Virus record (IMG/VR): IMGVR_UViG_3300005921_000006
Coordinates: 1 to 64,000 of that record
Direction: 5' to 3' (one strand)
Length of the DNA stretch: 64,000 nt
DNA from: a virus
Of the stretch, positions 38,852 through 48,765 are shown in pieces. A program made the position numbers and the translations under genes. The stretch's first letter is position 1. Each line of letters begins with the position of its first letter. The notes below the pieces were generated by a model that had not been told where the DNA came from, did no database searches, and worked only from the letters and a program-made list of their open reading frames with translations.

Positions 38852-41800
38852 TTAGTAAAGAGTACACGTTGAGCCTGCGTTGATTTGGGCATCCCCGGAT
38901 GTTCCGGCGGTGCCGTAAATGACGAACGTTCCGCTTGTCGCGCTGCCAGTAAACGACCCGGATGCCTGCCACGGATACCCGGTCGCGGTTGCAGCGGCCG
39001 CAGCTCCAGTAAGTGTGGTTACAGCCGTCGTTCCCGTATTCGTGATAGGCCCAGCGGATGTTTGAGTTCCCGCATTGGTGCTCCAGATGATTGCATTGTG
39101 GTTGCTGACAGTCGGAGACTGCGTGAACTGTGTTCCGAGAAGTAACGTGACTGCAACGCTCGCTGACTCCCACGTCCCTTGGCACTGGTATGCCCACGTC
39201 TTAGCCGTAGCCGGAAGCGTCCAGCTACAGATCGTCGTCGTCGTGTTCATGATAATGAGGGACGTGATCTTGCAGGCGTCCGCGACATTGAGCAGCGTGT
39301 TCATATTCAGAAACGGAGTTGTGCCGCCCGTCGTAATCTCAGGAGCCGTGCCGCCAAGGACCATATTCGGCCCCAGTGCGAAAGAGTTCGACGCTTGACT
39401 TGCTAACGCAAATTGCGACGTGCTGCTGGCCTGAAGGTCGATCAGTTTTGAGCCAGAACCGCTGGCCGTGTTCGTGATGTTCTCGAAGATTCCCGCGTCC
39501 ACCACGCCCGTTGTATTCCACGTCCCCGTTTCGTTGAAGAACGGGGTTGTATTCGCAGCGGCGACAGTTCCACCAGTGACTTCAAATTGCCCCGGAGCCC
39601 CCGCCGTACCAGTACCGCCCGCGCTACCGAGAGTAAATACGACGTTACCGCCGCGTCCGGTCGTACTGCCCGAAGTCGCTGCACCGCCGGTTCCTGTCGT
39701 AACGAGAAAGTCCGATCCCGCACCGCCCGTACCGGACGTAGAGCCGCCCGCGCCGCCTGCTGCACCTGCAATCGTATACGTACCAGCCGCGCCGCCCGCG
39801 CCTGTAGCCGCGCCCTGAGTTCCAGCACCAGGAGTCAATGAGAACGCGCCACCCACACCACCTGTGTTCGTGGTCGTCCCACCGTGAGCACCACCAGCAC
39901 CGAGCGTTACGTTAAACGCTCCACCAGTTCCGCCGTTACCCGTCGTGGCGCCACCAGCCGATCCAGCCCCGGTGATCAGGGTAATTGGAGCGCCGGTCAA
40001 CCCGTTGATCGAAGCTGAAGCCGCGCCTCCCGCAGCCGCCGCGCTAATGTTAAGCACCGCTGGAGCATTTGTAGCCGCCGGCCCCGCCGCGCCCTGCGTG
40101 ATTTGCAGCGGGATTGACGTTGAAGTGGTCAGAGTAGAGATTTGCGCCTCTACGTCCGTTGTCCCCGTCGCTGCAGTCGTTTCTCCGACCGTGAATGCCG
40201 CTTGCGAGTTTGTTGTCTGCGCGAAATTCAGAGTGACTGGAAGGTTCCCAAGAACGCTCGCGGCTCCAAGCGCGCAACTCCAATCTGTCGTGACGTTGAT
40301 AATATCTGCGCACGATCTGGTCGAGTTACCGTATAAACCGGAAGTCGCTGAGACCCCTGTATAGGCCGTGCCATTAGCGAATACGACGCCACCTCCAGTT
40401 CCGGTCGTGGGCGTAGGGGCGCTCGCCCCAAACGTCATCTCGCCAGTTGGCAGAATCTGAGCCACGACGGTTTGCCCTGAAAGAACACCGGAAGAATAAC
40501 TGCCGCCAGTGCCCCATTGCGTTAGCGCGGCCTGAGTCGTTGCGCCGTTAATGTTCTCGGTAACCTGCCCAGTCGACGTTCCTGGGGTCGTTACTCCGAG
40601 CGCGAATGGCGTATTGTTGTTACTTGAATCCGTGTTCTGAATCACGATCGGCGTGGAAAGGTTCGCCGTCACTGTGCCTGTGAGTTGCGTTCCCCCAACC
40701 ACGGCGGGAAGCTTTACCGACGCCGCACCAGTCGCTGCGCTTGCATCGAAGAGGCCAGCCGCTGCCGCTGTCAGTGTCGTCGCTGAAGCCGTCCAATCCG
40801 TGACGCACCCGAAAGCTCCAGCATTGTCGTATTGCAGCGAGTTCGCCGTCGTCGTGCACGGCGTTCCGCCGCCGCTAGCCGCGATTGTCACACCATTGGT
40901 TGCCGGCGTCAGTGTGATATTCGTTCCAGCAACCAGTGGCGGTGTGCCCCAGAAATTCCCGCTACTGTCAGCCGTGAAATAAATTGGCTGGTCTTTAATG
41001 AGCACCGGAATCGAAGTCGCTCCGTTGAAATTCTTCGAGTTGAGTGAGACCGTCGCGGTTGTCGTACCGACCGAAACCACGCCGCCAGTGTAGCCCGCCA
41101 CCGCGCTGCCATTGAATGTGTACGCGCAGGCCGATGTGCAGTTCATTACGATCAAACTGCCTGAGTCGGCAGTTGAGTTCCCGGTGTAGGCTCCCGTCTC
41201 CGTCAACTCCCCGGTGATCAGTTCGCCAGCGAATGTCTTAGCCCCAGTGAATGTCAGAGCGTTTGCCGCCGCGTCGACACTACCGTAATCCGTGGTCCCA
41301 TTGATCAGGTCGAGCGCGTGGTTTGTCGAGTTACAGTAGAGGCCATCGACCGTGGACACCCCTGTGAACGCCGTGCCTTCGGCGCACGCCATTCCGCCAC
41401 CGGTTCCAAGTGTCGGAGTCGGCGCACCCGCACCAAATAATCCTTCTCCCGTATTGCTGAAGTTTACTTCGGTCACGCCATTGTTGTTGAAATTAGCAAG
41501 CCCTGCAGATGTGCCGGAAGGATTGTTTACAATCAATCCCACCTGAGTCGTAGAAGTAGGCGAAATTGTCGCTCCTTCCGTAAACGCCCACACTACTCCA
41601 TTGTCCGTAGCGTGACCCGTACCCGGAGCTGTGCCCGCCCCACCCCATAGTATGGGGGCGTTCGCCGTACCTGCGCCTGAAGAAGACTCCTGCGTCGTAG
41701 AACTAAAATAGGGTATTCCACCCGACGTCACCGTGCCCGACACCGTAAGCGGAAAGGAACCACCGCCCACAGTTACAAAACTACAAGATGAAATATTACT

Positions 41801-43084
41801 GGAAGGAGTACCGCATTCTAGTGATTGAGTTCCGCTTGGCCCCGTGATAGGAAGTTGATACCAAGTAGCCGTAAAACTCGCAGAATTAGGACCAATGAAC
41901 CCAGCCGTATTTGCTATAGGTGTAAGCGTTCCCGTATTACCCGGCAAAACCACCGCTCCGGGATTCGACCCAACCGCGCCCGCCGCCACGGGACCGGGAA
42001 AATTTGCCGTCGTAAGGCCTGTTGCACTACCCGTGTGGGTAAAGTTAAACGAGTTCGCCGCATCGGTTCCCGTGCCGGGTACAAACTGCAACGCCAAGCA
42101 GCCTTCTACCGACGCGGAAGCGTGCCACTCTGTACCGCACAAGGAATTGATAGGGCTGGACTGGCTTGTCCCAACTAACGCAGCAGTATTATTTTTCCAC
42201 GCGAAGAACTGACTTACTCCAGTAGTCGTGGTAAAGATAGAAGTATTCGCGCCGTTCGCAATCGAAAGGTTACCGCTGGGCGCGGCGTTGTTGTTCCACA
42301 GATAACCGGTGGTATTGGTTAACGTCCCGCTCGCGGGAGTGCCCAAATTCGGAAGAGTTAAAGTTACACCACTAGGCAGCGACAGCGTACAGGTTCCGGT
42401 CGTGGTGATCGTACACGTACCGGAGGCGGTAATCTGGTTCGCGGTTCCCGCCACCACCGCGCTCGTTACTGTACCCGTACCCGCCGAACTAAAAGCCCAC
42501 GCGCTACCCGTCCAGTTTAAAAATCCCGTGGACAAACTAGGCAGCGCGTTGCTTAAAAGTCCAACCACTTCCTGGGAGCTGGATGTGCCAGAAAGATCGC
42601 CCCCCGGCGTAAACGACCCACCACCACCCGTATGGCTATTCGCCGTACTAATCAGCGGATTAATCGTAACACTGGGTGTCGTACCGCCCGTCAACGTCGC
42701 CAGAAAAACGAAAACTCCGTAAGGCTTAGTAAAAGTAACCCCACGATTCGTTTTCGTCGTAGACGTATTACTGTCCGCCACCGTATCGCATGTAGGAGCC
42801 ACGGTGATCGTGCCGCGCATACAGCCGTACACATTCACGGTTACCCCAGTGGGCGAACCAATGGGAATTTCCTCGAACGTAGCGCCGTAAGCCCCGTAAG
42901 TGTTAGGGATTACCCCACACACTCCCGCCGCCGCCGTGGGGGTAGCCCCTATGCAGGTAGCCGCTACCGTAGCCGAAAGCGTGGGGCTGGATACGGTAAT
43001 CGTTTGAACCGGCGTAGACTGCACCTGGGCGTGACCAGGAACGCAAAGCGCTGCGATGAGCGCCAGGTACCAGAAATGTTTCAT
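38852..43084 (-). CDS. Large signal-peptide Gly/Thr-rich fibre/adhesin-like protein (~1410 aa)
   Basis: MKHFWYLALIAALCVPGHA|Q; 'GGDLSGT', 'GTGTVTS', 'TPASGTLTN'; Gly-rich repeats. Confidence 0.75.
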   Translation of the reverse strand: MKHFWYLALIAALCVPGHAQVQSTPVQTITVSSPTLSATVAATCIGATPTAAAGVCGVIPNTYGAYGATFEEIPIGSPTGVTVNVYGCMRGTITVAPTCDTVADSNTSTTKTNRGVTFTKPYGVFVFLATLTGGTTPSVTINPLISTANSHTGGGGSFTPGGDLSGTSSSQEVVGLLSNALPSLSTGFLNWTGSAWAFSSAGTGTVTSAVVAGTANQITASGTCTITTTGTCTLSLPSGVTLTLPNLGTPASGTLTNTTGYLWNNNAAPSGNLSIANGANTSIFTTTTGVSQFFAWKNNTAALVGTSQSSPINSLCGTEWHASASVEGCLALQFVPGTGTDAANSFNFTHTGSATGLTTANFPGPVAAGAVGSNPGAVVLPGNTGTLTPIANTAGFIGPNSASFTATWYQLPITGPSGTQSLECGTPSSNISSCSFVTVGGGSFPLTVSGTVTSGGIPYFSSTTQESSSGAGTANAPILWGGAGTAPGTGHATDNGVVWAFTEGATISPTSTTQVGLIVNNPSGTSAGLANFNNNGVTEVNFSNTGEGLFGAGAPTPTLGTGGGMACAEGTAFTGVSTVDGLYCNSTNHALDLINGTTDYGSVDAAANALTFTGAKTFAGELITGELTETGAYTGNSTADSGSLIVMNCTSACAYTFNGSAVAGYTGGVVSVGTTTATVSLNSKNFNGATSIPVLIKDQPIYFTADSSGNFWGTPPLVAGTNITLTPATNGVTIAASGGGTPCTTTANSLQYDNAGAFGCVTDWTASATTLTAAAAGLFDASAATGAASVKLPAVVGGTQLTGTVTANLSTPIVIQNTDSSNNNTPFALGVTTPGTSTGQVTENINGATTQAALTQWGTGGSYSSGVLSGQTVVAQILPTGEMTFGASAPTPTTGTGGGVVFANGTAYTGVSATSGLYGNSTRSCADIINVTTDWSCALGAASVLGNLPVTLNFAQTTNSQAAFTVGETTAATGTTDVEAQISTLTTSTSIPLQITQGAAGPAATNAPAVLNISAAAAGGAASASINGLTGAPITLITGAGSAGGATTGNGGTGGAFNVTLGAGGAHGGTTTNTGGVGGAFSLTPGAGTQGAATGAGGAAGTYTIAGAAGGAGGSTSGTGGAGSDFLVTTGTGGAATSGSTTGRGGNVVFTLGSAGGTGTAGAPGQFEVTGGTVAAANTTPFFNETGTWNTTGVVDAGIFENITNTASGSGSKLIDLQASSTSQFALASQASNSFALGPNMVLGGTAPEITTGGTTPFLNMNTLLNVADACKITSLIIMNTTTTICSWTLPATAKTWAYQCQGTWESASVAVTLLLGTQFTQSPTVSNHNAIIWSTNAGTQTSAGPITNTGTTAVTTLTGAAAAATATGYPWQASGSFTGSATSGTFVIYGTAGTSGDAQINAGSTCTLY

Positions 43085-43095
43085 AACCCTCCTTT

Positions 43096-43605
43096 CTAGT
43101 ACAAAGCCTGGACGTAAGTTACGTAACCTTCCACGCCGGTAATCGATCCCCCCGTTACCAGGCAAAGCTGCTGACTAACCGGCGTTCGGACGCTGGTGTC
43201 GGTAGACCCGTTACTGGTAAAAATAGTGGTGGTGGGAATCGCCATCGCTCCGGTCAGCGCCGTAGCTCCGGTGTCGCAAGCCGTGGACGCGGTAGTTCCG
43301 TACTCGAACTGGATGGTAGGGTTGGTACCAACTACGGTCAGTTGCCACTTACAAACCGTAATATAGTCGCTGGTTACCGCGCTTACCAGGTTCGTAGTGG
43401 TGGCCGAAGTAACCGCCACCGACGCCGAGGTTTTCGTAATCGAAGGATTTTGACAAGGATCGCTGCCAACCGCAGCCGTTTGGAACAGGCTCAGCCCGCT
43501 CGGCCCTGCCGCTAAGAGATGTTGCTCGGGAGCAATCATCACCATAAGAGCCAGAACCAAAATCGCCGCTACACCGAACATCAAAACGTTCACTGACTTT
43601 TTCAT
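43096..43605 (-). CDS. Signal-peptide/TM small beta protein
   Basis: N-terminal hydrophobic helix; paired Cys. Confidence 0.7.
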   Translation of the reverse strand: MKKSVNVLMFGVAAILVLALMVMIAPEQHLLAAGPSGLSLFQTAAVGSDPCQNPSITKTSASVAVTSATTTNLVSAVTSDYITVCKWQLTVVGTNPTIQFEYGTTASTACDTGATALTGAMAIPTTTIFTSNGSTDTSVRTPVSQQLCLVTGGSITGVEGYVTYVQALY

Positions 43606-44423
43606 GCCGCCTCCTGGAGTTGCAAATTGTTGATCTGTTTAAACTGCCCTAGGTTCATGTACACGATCCGGCCGCCCCAATACACTCTTGCGGGCCAGTT
43701 GACTTCCTTCAGACTCACCAGCGGAGAACAATAGCATCGACAGTTAAAAGTTGCTCCAGCATTATAAGTTCCATAACTCTTTTCCCCCGCCAGCTCCTCG
43801 GGGGAAGGTGGGTTATCGAACCGAAACAACACGCCCTGTAAGCGGCGATGACTTAGACGCACGCGCTGGTCCTGGCTGGTCTGCCACACATACCACGGCA
43901 ATCCCAGCTCCTCGCTCCGCGCCTGGGTTAACGCGGAGCTAGCTTTACTTACCTCCGTGCGAGCGATTAACTTTGCGCGACGGCGGGCGAGCCGCCCTAG
44001 TAGCGGTTCGAGCCGCTCCAGTTCTACAGCCCGCCCGCCTCCCAGTTGCTGCGCCGCTGCACGCGCCGCCACCAACGCGGCAACGTTCGATGGAAAACTG
44101 GAAATCAACTTGGCGTTCTCGGCGACTAACTCCCTTACTCGCTCGCCCGTGGGTCCGGCTAATTCCTGCTGGCGGGCGCGGTAAATAAGCGATCCTCTAC
44201 CGGCTTTGCTCGCCGCTTCCTGCCACGACTTCGCCTGCCCCACCCACAGCATGGTAATCATGCGCCGTGCAGCTTGCCTGGCATAAGCCTGCAAGAAGTC
44301 CGCGCCGGATAACTGGACGGCGCTAATGCCGCGCTCCCGCGCTTCGTGGACGAACTCTTTAAACACTCCCCAGATAGCGGAGGCGTAAGAGTGCTCGGCG
44401 CGTTGATTAGGCTGCCAGTTCAT
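43602..44423 (-). CDS. MuF/SPP1 gp7-like minor head protein
   Basis: 'RAKLIARTEVSKA', 'YVWQTSQDQRVRLSH', 'FNCRC'. Confidence 0.92.
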   Translation of the reverse strand: MNWQPNQRAEHSYASAIWGVFKEFVHEARERGISAVQLSGADFLQAYARQAARRMITMLWVGQAKSWQEAASKAGRGSLIYRARQQELAGPTGERVRELVAENAKLISSFPSNVAALVAARAAAQQLGGGRAVELERLEPLLGRLARRRAKLIARTEVSKASSALTQARSEELGLPWYVWQTSQDQRVRLSHRRLQGVLFRFDNPPSPEELAGEKSYGTYNAGATFNCRCYCSPLVSLKEVNWPARVYWGGRIVYMNLGQFKQINNLQLQEAA

Positions 44424-44667
44424 GTTTATCCAACGCCGGATGAATAAAGCTGTAGCTGTTCACGCCCGTCCTTACCTCGCGGAACCGCACCCCTGGCGCG
44501 GCCTTTTCCAGCAGCGCCCGGTGGTCCTTTAAATACAGCGGGAATAGCGCCTCCGTAAGAATCGCGCCTTTGGGCGGACGATAGTACATACGATCCAGCT
44601 TCTTACGATCCGGTAAGAACGTAGTTACCACGAACTGCGTAAAACAGCGTATTCCGTCGCGCTTCAC
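44407..44667 (-). CDS. Hypothetical protein
   Basis: ORF coupled to neighbours. Confidence 0.55.
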   Translation of the reverse strand: MKRDGIRCFTQFVVTTFLPDRKKLDRMYYRPPKGAILTEALFPLYLKDHRALLEKAAPGVRFREVRTGVNSYSFIHPALDKHELAA

Positions 44668-44852
44668 GACTCGTAGTCCTCGACTTCGTAAATCCTAGAC
44701 TCTACGCGGAACAGCTTTACCCGCTGCGGACACTGCTCCTCGGGGCAAACGTAAGCCCCGTTATCAGTACGTTTCATCGTAGTACCGCACTCGCAAAACA
44801 ATACCGTCATAGCCGAAAAACCTTCCGCGTAGCGCACCGGGGAAACGCTCAC
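44664..44852 (-). CDS. Small Zn-ribbon protein
   Basis: CECG...CPEEQC. Confidence 0.55.
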   Translation of the reverse strand: MSVSPVRYAEGFSAMTVLFCECGTTMKRTDNGAYVCPEEQCPQRVKLFRVESRIYEVEDYES

Positions 44853-46798
44853 GCCACCAGCCTTTTACCTTGTTCCGAAAATACTTTCTTACGGAACTCG
44901 GTAATAGGAATCGTAATCAGATATTCTGGTAGCCACGGGCCAGGAGAATAGTTCGCCTCCAGCGCTTCCCGCGCTTCGCCCGCGCTGTTAAAGCCGAGCA
45001 GCACTTTATCTTCCGGGTCGTTGCCGCGCATGGGCGCAACATACACGTTCGCTGCGTTTTCATTCGGACCCAGGAACACATCTACTTCGTCGCCGTCCAC
45101 GCCTTCGCTACCCAAGATGCAACCGTAAGGATTCTTCATTACAATCGACCAGCCGTTACCCTGGCGTGTGGAACCAACTGGGTTTTCTACAGCGATAGGT
45201 AGACCGGCAAACACCAGCGTATGCGCGGAATCCTCGAACGCGGCGTCCTTAGCTTTCTTGGGCTTCTTCTTACTCTTATCCGGCTTGGCTTCCTTTTTGT
45301 CTTTCTTTACCGGCTCGTCCTCTTCGTCTTCCAAGCCGCCGCCCATTAGCTCCATGGGGTCCATCGTCTCTTCGTCCGCTGACTCGATGTCCTTATCCGT
45401 AATATTTGTAAAGACGCCCGTCTCGGAGGACATCTCCTTCAGCTCCAGCATGGCCGTGCGCTGCGAAATAATGTTAGCCGTAAACGCCTGCGTAACCGCC
45501 GCGCTCTTGCTGGTTACGATTTCCGCCTGCTCTTTCGGGCCTAGGGAATTTACCGGACGCCAGCGCCACTCCAGGTCGTCGGGCACTTTGCCCAGCACCG
45601 ACATGGCGATCACGGGCATTAACTTTTGCATTTGCGGGTCTACTTCGCGCTGTTGCTTAGCTTTTAAGTTCTCGTAATAGGTATGCTCGTCGCCCTGATT
45701 ACTGTCGCCCAGCCCTCCGCCCGGACGCCCGAACATACGGGAGAAAGGTATTTCGCACGCACCGCAAATGTCGTACATAAACAACTCGTACACGTCGCTG
45801 ATCCCGGCGAAGCCGTACTGGTGGGTGGATAAACCGCCGCCCTCGGGGTCGCTTACCACGATACCCTGATTGCTCATCAACTGCGCCTGCGCCTGGATCG
45901 CCGCATAAAACGACTGAGCGCTTTGCTGGTTGCTGCCTAACCCAGAAATCATCTGGGCCAAACCCTTTTGGCGCAGCTCGAAGATGTTGGCGCGGAAAAT
46001 AAGGCTGGCCAGGTTGTAGCTGGTGTTGTCGCGCTTTTTCAGTTCCTCGTAGATAATTTCGATTTCGCTTAGTCCCCAGCGGTTTTCCGCCTGCCACTCC
46101 CAGTTGGGAAGACTACGCCCAGCGAAGCGCAGTACACGGCTGGAATGGACCTCAAAGGAACTAGCGGACTCGGGATTAACTCGATAACTTTCGGGATATC
46201 CAAAGTCAAGGGGACGATCAATGTCGTTACAAATGTTGGCGCTAGGGGAGATACCTGCCCACCGATCAAAGACAAGAAGTCCGCGAAACGAATCAAGGTC
46301 TACGTCCTCCACGTCCAGGGGCTTCTCCATTTGCTTGGGAGATTCCTGCCCCTTAATAATCATTACCGCGCCCGAGCCACCGAACAACCGCGCCCACTTC
46401 AGGGCTTCCAGCACTTTGGCCTGGACGCCACCCAGCTTCATCGCCATATCGAGCTTTTTAATCTGCTTGGGCGAAATCTCCGTGGTGATGGCGAACCAGT
46501 TTTTAACTAGGTCTTCGGCAACGCTGTCAATCACTTTTCTTGCAATCCAATTTGATCTATAAAGCGATTGGAGCAAAATGTAGTTGTACGACAACCTTGT
46601 CATCGGGTAGTTCGTACCCTCTAACAAGTTGTTCGACCCCCAACCGATGCGAGCTAGCGTATTGTTAAACGCATCCAGCGCCGTCTTCGTAGCAGGGGCT
46701 ACGTTGCTATGTCGCGAGGCTTCCACGCGGAACGCGGAGATGGCCCGCGCTTCGTCCAACGTAATCTTCGGCTTATAAATCTGGTAAGCGCTGCTCAC
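44849..46798 (-). CDS. Portal protein (DUF1073-like) with C-terminal inorganic-pyrophosphatase-like domain
   Basis: 'LYRSNWIARKVID', 'WARLFGG', 'VHSSRV', 'IPFSRMFG'; C-terminal 'ENPVGS.R...YG.I.G..G.DGD.VDVFLG...EDKVLLGF'. Confidence 0.88.
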   Translation of the reverse strand: MSSAYQIYKPKITLDEARAISAFRVEASRHSNVAPATKTALDAFNNTLARIGWGSNNLLEGTNYPMTRLSYNYILLQSLYRSNWIARKVIDSVAEDLVKNWFAITTEISPKQIKKLDMAMKLGGVQAKVLEALKWARLFGGSGAVMIIKGQESPKQMEKPLDVEDVDLDSFRGLLVFDRWAGISPSANICNDIDRPLDFGYPESYRVNPESASSFEVHSSRVLRFAGRSLPNWEWQAENRWGLSEIEIIYEELKKRDNTSYNLASLIFRANIFELRQKGLAQMISGLGSNQQSAQSFYAAIQAQAQLMSNQGIVVSDPEGGGLSTHQYGFAGISDVYELFMYDICGACEIPFSRMFGRPGGGLGDSNQGDEHTYYENLKAKQQREVDPQMQKLMPVIAMSVLGKVPDDLEWRWRPVNSLGPKEQAEIVTSKSAAVTQAFTANIISQRTAMLELKEMSSETGVFTNITDKDIESADEETMDPMELMGGGLEDEEDEPVKKDKKEAKPDKSKKKPKKAKDAAFEDSAHTLVFAGLPIAVENPVGSTRQGNGWSIVMKNPYGCILGSEGVDGDEVDVFLGPNENAANVYVAPMRGNDPEDKVLLGFNSAGEAREALEANYSPGPWLPEYLITIPITEFRKKVFSEQGKRLVA

Positions 46799-47007
46799 GC
46801 CTGCTCCGTAAACAGCGTCCGCATTTGTTCGCCCACTACACCCACCATTGCGCCGTCCCGGACCAGGATTAAGTCTCCGTCCGGCATAAGGAAAGCGTCG
46901 TAAATCGACTTCGCCGCCAGTTCGCTACGCGCAATATTAACCGCGATAGCCGCCTGCTCCGTAGGGAGCAGCACTTCGTCCGGGCAAAGGTGGTTGGCGA
47001 GAATCAA
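46795..47007 (-). CDS. Small hypothetical protein (start uncertain)
   Basis: 3' part of ORF 46795..47145; GGAGG upstream. Confidence 0.45.
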   Translation of the reverse strand: MILANHLCPDEVLLPTEQAAIAVNIARSELAAKSIYDAFLMPDGDLILVRDGAMVGVVGEQMRTLFTEQA

Positions 47008-47657
47008 TTTACCTCCAATGCAAATACGAAACACCCGCCCGGAAACCCCGTAGAAATACGCCGGACTTTCTTTAAAGGAATATGAACTCGATGGCAGTAA
47101 TGCGTCGCTTCTACTGGCGTAAGACAACCCGGCAATGCATCGCAAATCTCCACCATAGTAAGTTCGGGCTTCTTGGCGAAGGCTTCAAAAATAAGCTGCG
47201 TCCAGGTCGAACAATCGCGCCACTTACGCTTCTTACGGGGAATTACCTGCACCGAAGTTTGCGTTCTGTATTTAGGCAAGTGCAAAGCGTGCCGCATTTG
47301 AATTTCCGTGCCGGGCATTTGCTGCCGGTAAGCCTCCTGCTCTCGTAGCAATTCCTCCGCATTTAACTCCAGCGACGGCTGGCGGGCGCAGGTAGAGCAA
47401 AGCCGCTGGCCTTTATCGCGCCGCAGCTCGGCGGGGCGCTCGTCCGAATAACCAGCAACGCTGTAGTACCGCGTCTTACGAATTTCAAACACTTCCGTAG
47501 GCGCAAACTTACGTGGGAAACTGCGCCCGCAAAGCTCACAATATTTTAACTCCACCACTTTCGCGTTTTCGGGCACGCGGCAAGCTTCCGGCAGCGGTAC
47601 AATGCCGATACCGTTATGGACAGGCGCAATGTTACGGATGGTGGCTTGGGTGCTCAT
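47004..47657 (-). CDS. Zn-finger + possible HTH hypothetical protein
   Basis: CELCG...CSTC; basic C-terminus. Confidence 0.55.
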   Translation of the reverse strand: MSTQATIRNIAPVHNGIGIVPLPEACRVPENAKVVELKYCELCGRSFPRKFAPTEVFEIRKTRYYSVAGYSDERPAELRRDKGQRLCSTCARQPSLELNAEELLREQEAYRQQMPGTEIQMRHALHLPKYRTQTSVQVIPRKKRKWRDCSTWTQLIFEAFAKKPELTMVEICDALPGCLTPVEATHYCHRVHIPLKKVRRISTGFPGGCFVFALEVN

Positions 47658-47938
47658 GCGGCCTTCTTTAATTCAATTACGTTCGTTGGAATATCCCAGC
47701 GCAGACAAACCGGCTCTTTTTCATTCCGGCAAGTTACAAGCAGCGCTTCACGGGTACGCTCAATACTCAACACATCGAACTTCACAATCGGTGTAGCCGG
47801 ACGCACTACCACGAAACCATTTGCCCGTAAACTCTTCGTAAAATCGGTTGACGACGCAGCTTTCAAATCAAAATACGAGCAAATATTTTGAAACTCTTTA
47901 AAGCTCAACTGCTCCGCCACTTGTTTCGCCGTCAGCAT
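47654..47938 (-). CDS. Hypothetical protein (probable start MLTAKQ)
   Basis: ORF track; start uncertain. Confidence 0.45.
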   Translation of the reverse strand: MLTAKQVAEQLSFKEFQNICSYFDLKAASSTDFTKSLRANGFVVVRPATPIVKFDVLSIERTREALLVTCRNEKEPVCLRWDIPTNVIELKKAA

Positions 47939-47939
47939 A

Positions 47940-48164
47940 CTATGCCGCGCCCAGTTCCTTCTGCTCGTTCGGATCGGGAATCGCCACCTGTATCTGCCGA
48001 TTCTTGCAGCCCCCGTGTCCAGCGAAGCGGTCATGGGCGTTACCGACAATGGTAAAGACACGGTACAGGTAGCGCTGTTCATCTTCGTGTTTTAGGCGAG
48101 GACGGATATTTTCCACGGGTACGTCTTTGGCTCGGCACACGGGGCAAGAGAAGAAAGCGATCAC
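47940..48164 (-). CDS. Small Cys/His Zn-binding protein
   Basis: CPVC...H...C. Confidence 0.5.
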   Translation of the reverse strand: MIAFFSCPVCRAKDVPVENIRPRLKHEDEQRYLYRVFTIVGNAHDRFAGHGGCKNRQIQVAIPDPNEQKELGAA

Positions 48165-48370
48165 AGCAACGTAACTCCTAAAGTACGCCCTGTAATTGCG
48201 TAAAGATTATTGCTGCGAATGTAGTCTACATCCGCATGACGCAAGCCTTCCAGCTCAATTTCTCCCGGCATATCACGGTAGTCTGAGGCGGCCCACTCCT
48301 TCGCTAAAACAGTGTTTATCTGCATCATCTCCTCAGCAGCCGAAGCAGCATTTATTAAAACCACCTTCAT
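48161..48370 (-). CDS. Hypothetical protein (MKVVLINAA...)
   Basis: ATG overlaps upstream stop; GGAGG RBS. Confidence 0.5.
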   Translation of the reverse strand: MKVVLINAASAAEEMMQINTVLAKEWAASDYRDMPGEIELEGLRHADVDYIRSNNLYAITGRTLGVTLL

Positions 48371-48765
48371 ACCGTCCCTCCCACGTAAGTAATCGTAATT
48401 GGCTCGCCGTTCGCCCCGTTCAGCACATCCATCAACACGGCAAATGCAGCACGGGAACCCCCAACCCAATCCGTACTCCGCGTCTGGCCCACCACCGTAC
48501 AACCTTCGGTATCCGCTGGATCGTTACCGGGATGGACTTCAATTTCGGTAAAGTCTGGGACATCCTGAATGTGTGGTGTAAGCACCCCGAACCGCGCCGA
48601 CATTTGCAGCACCACCGCGTAAGTTCCAGCCGAAATACAATAAGGCTTGCCCTGCGAGCGATCGCTGCGCGGCTCTAACGTATAACACTCGAACATTCCA
48701 TTCACCGACAGCTCACCCGTGGTGGACTGGTCGGTAAACGTGTCGCGTTGGACCACGATGTTCAC
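48367..48765 (-). CDS. DUF5675-family protein (L,D-transpeptidase-like; endolysin candidate)
   Basis: 'STTGEL...CYTLE...CISAGTY...DVP.F..I..HPGN...DTEGC..VG...SRAAF'. Confidence 0.8.
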   Translation of the reverse strand: MNIVVQRDTFTDQSTTGELSVNGMFECYTLEPRSDRSQGKPYCISAGTYAVVLQMSARFGVLTPHIQDVPDFTEIEVHPGNDPADTEGCTVVGQTRSTDWVGGSRAAFAVLMDVLNGANGEPITITYVGGTV

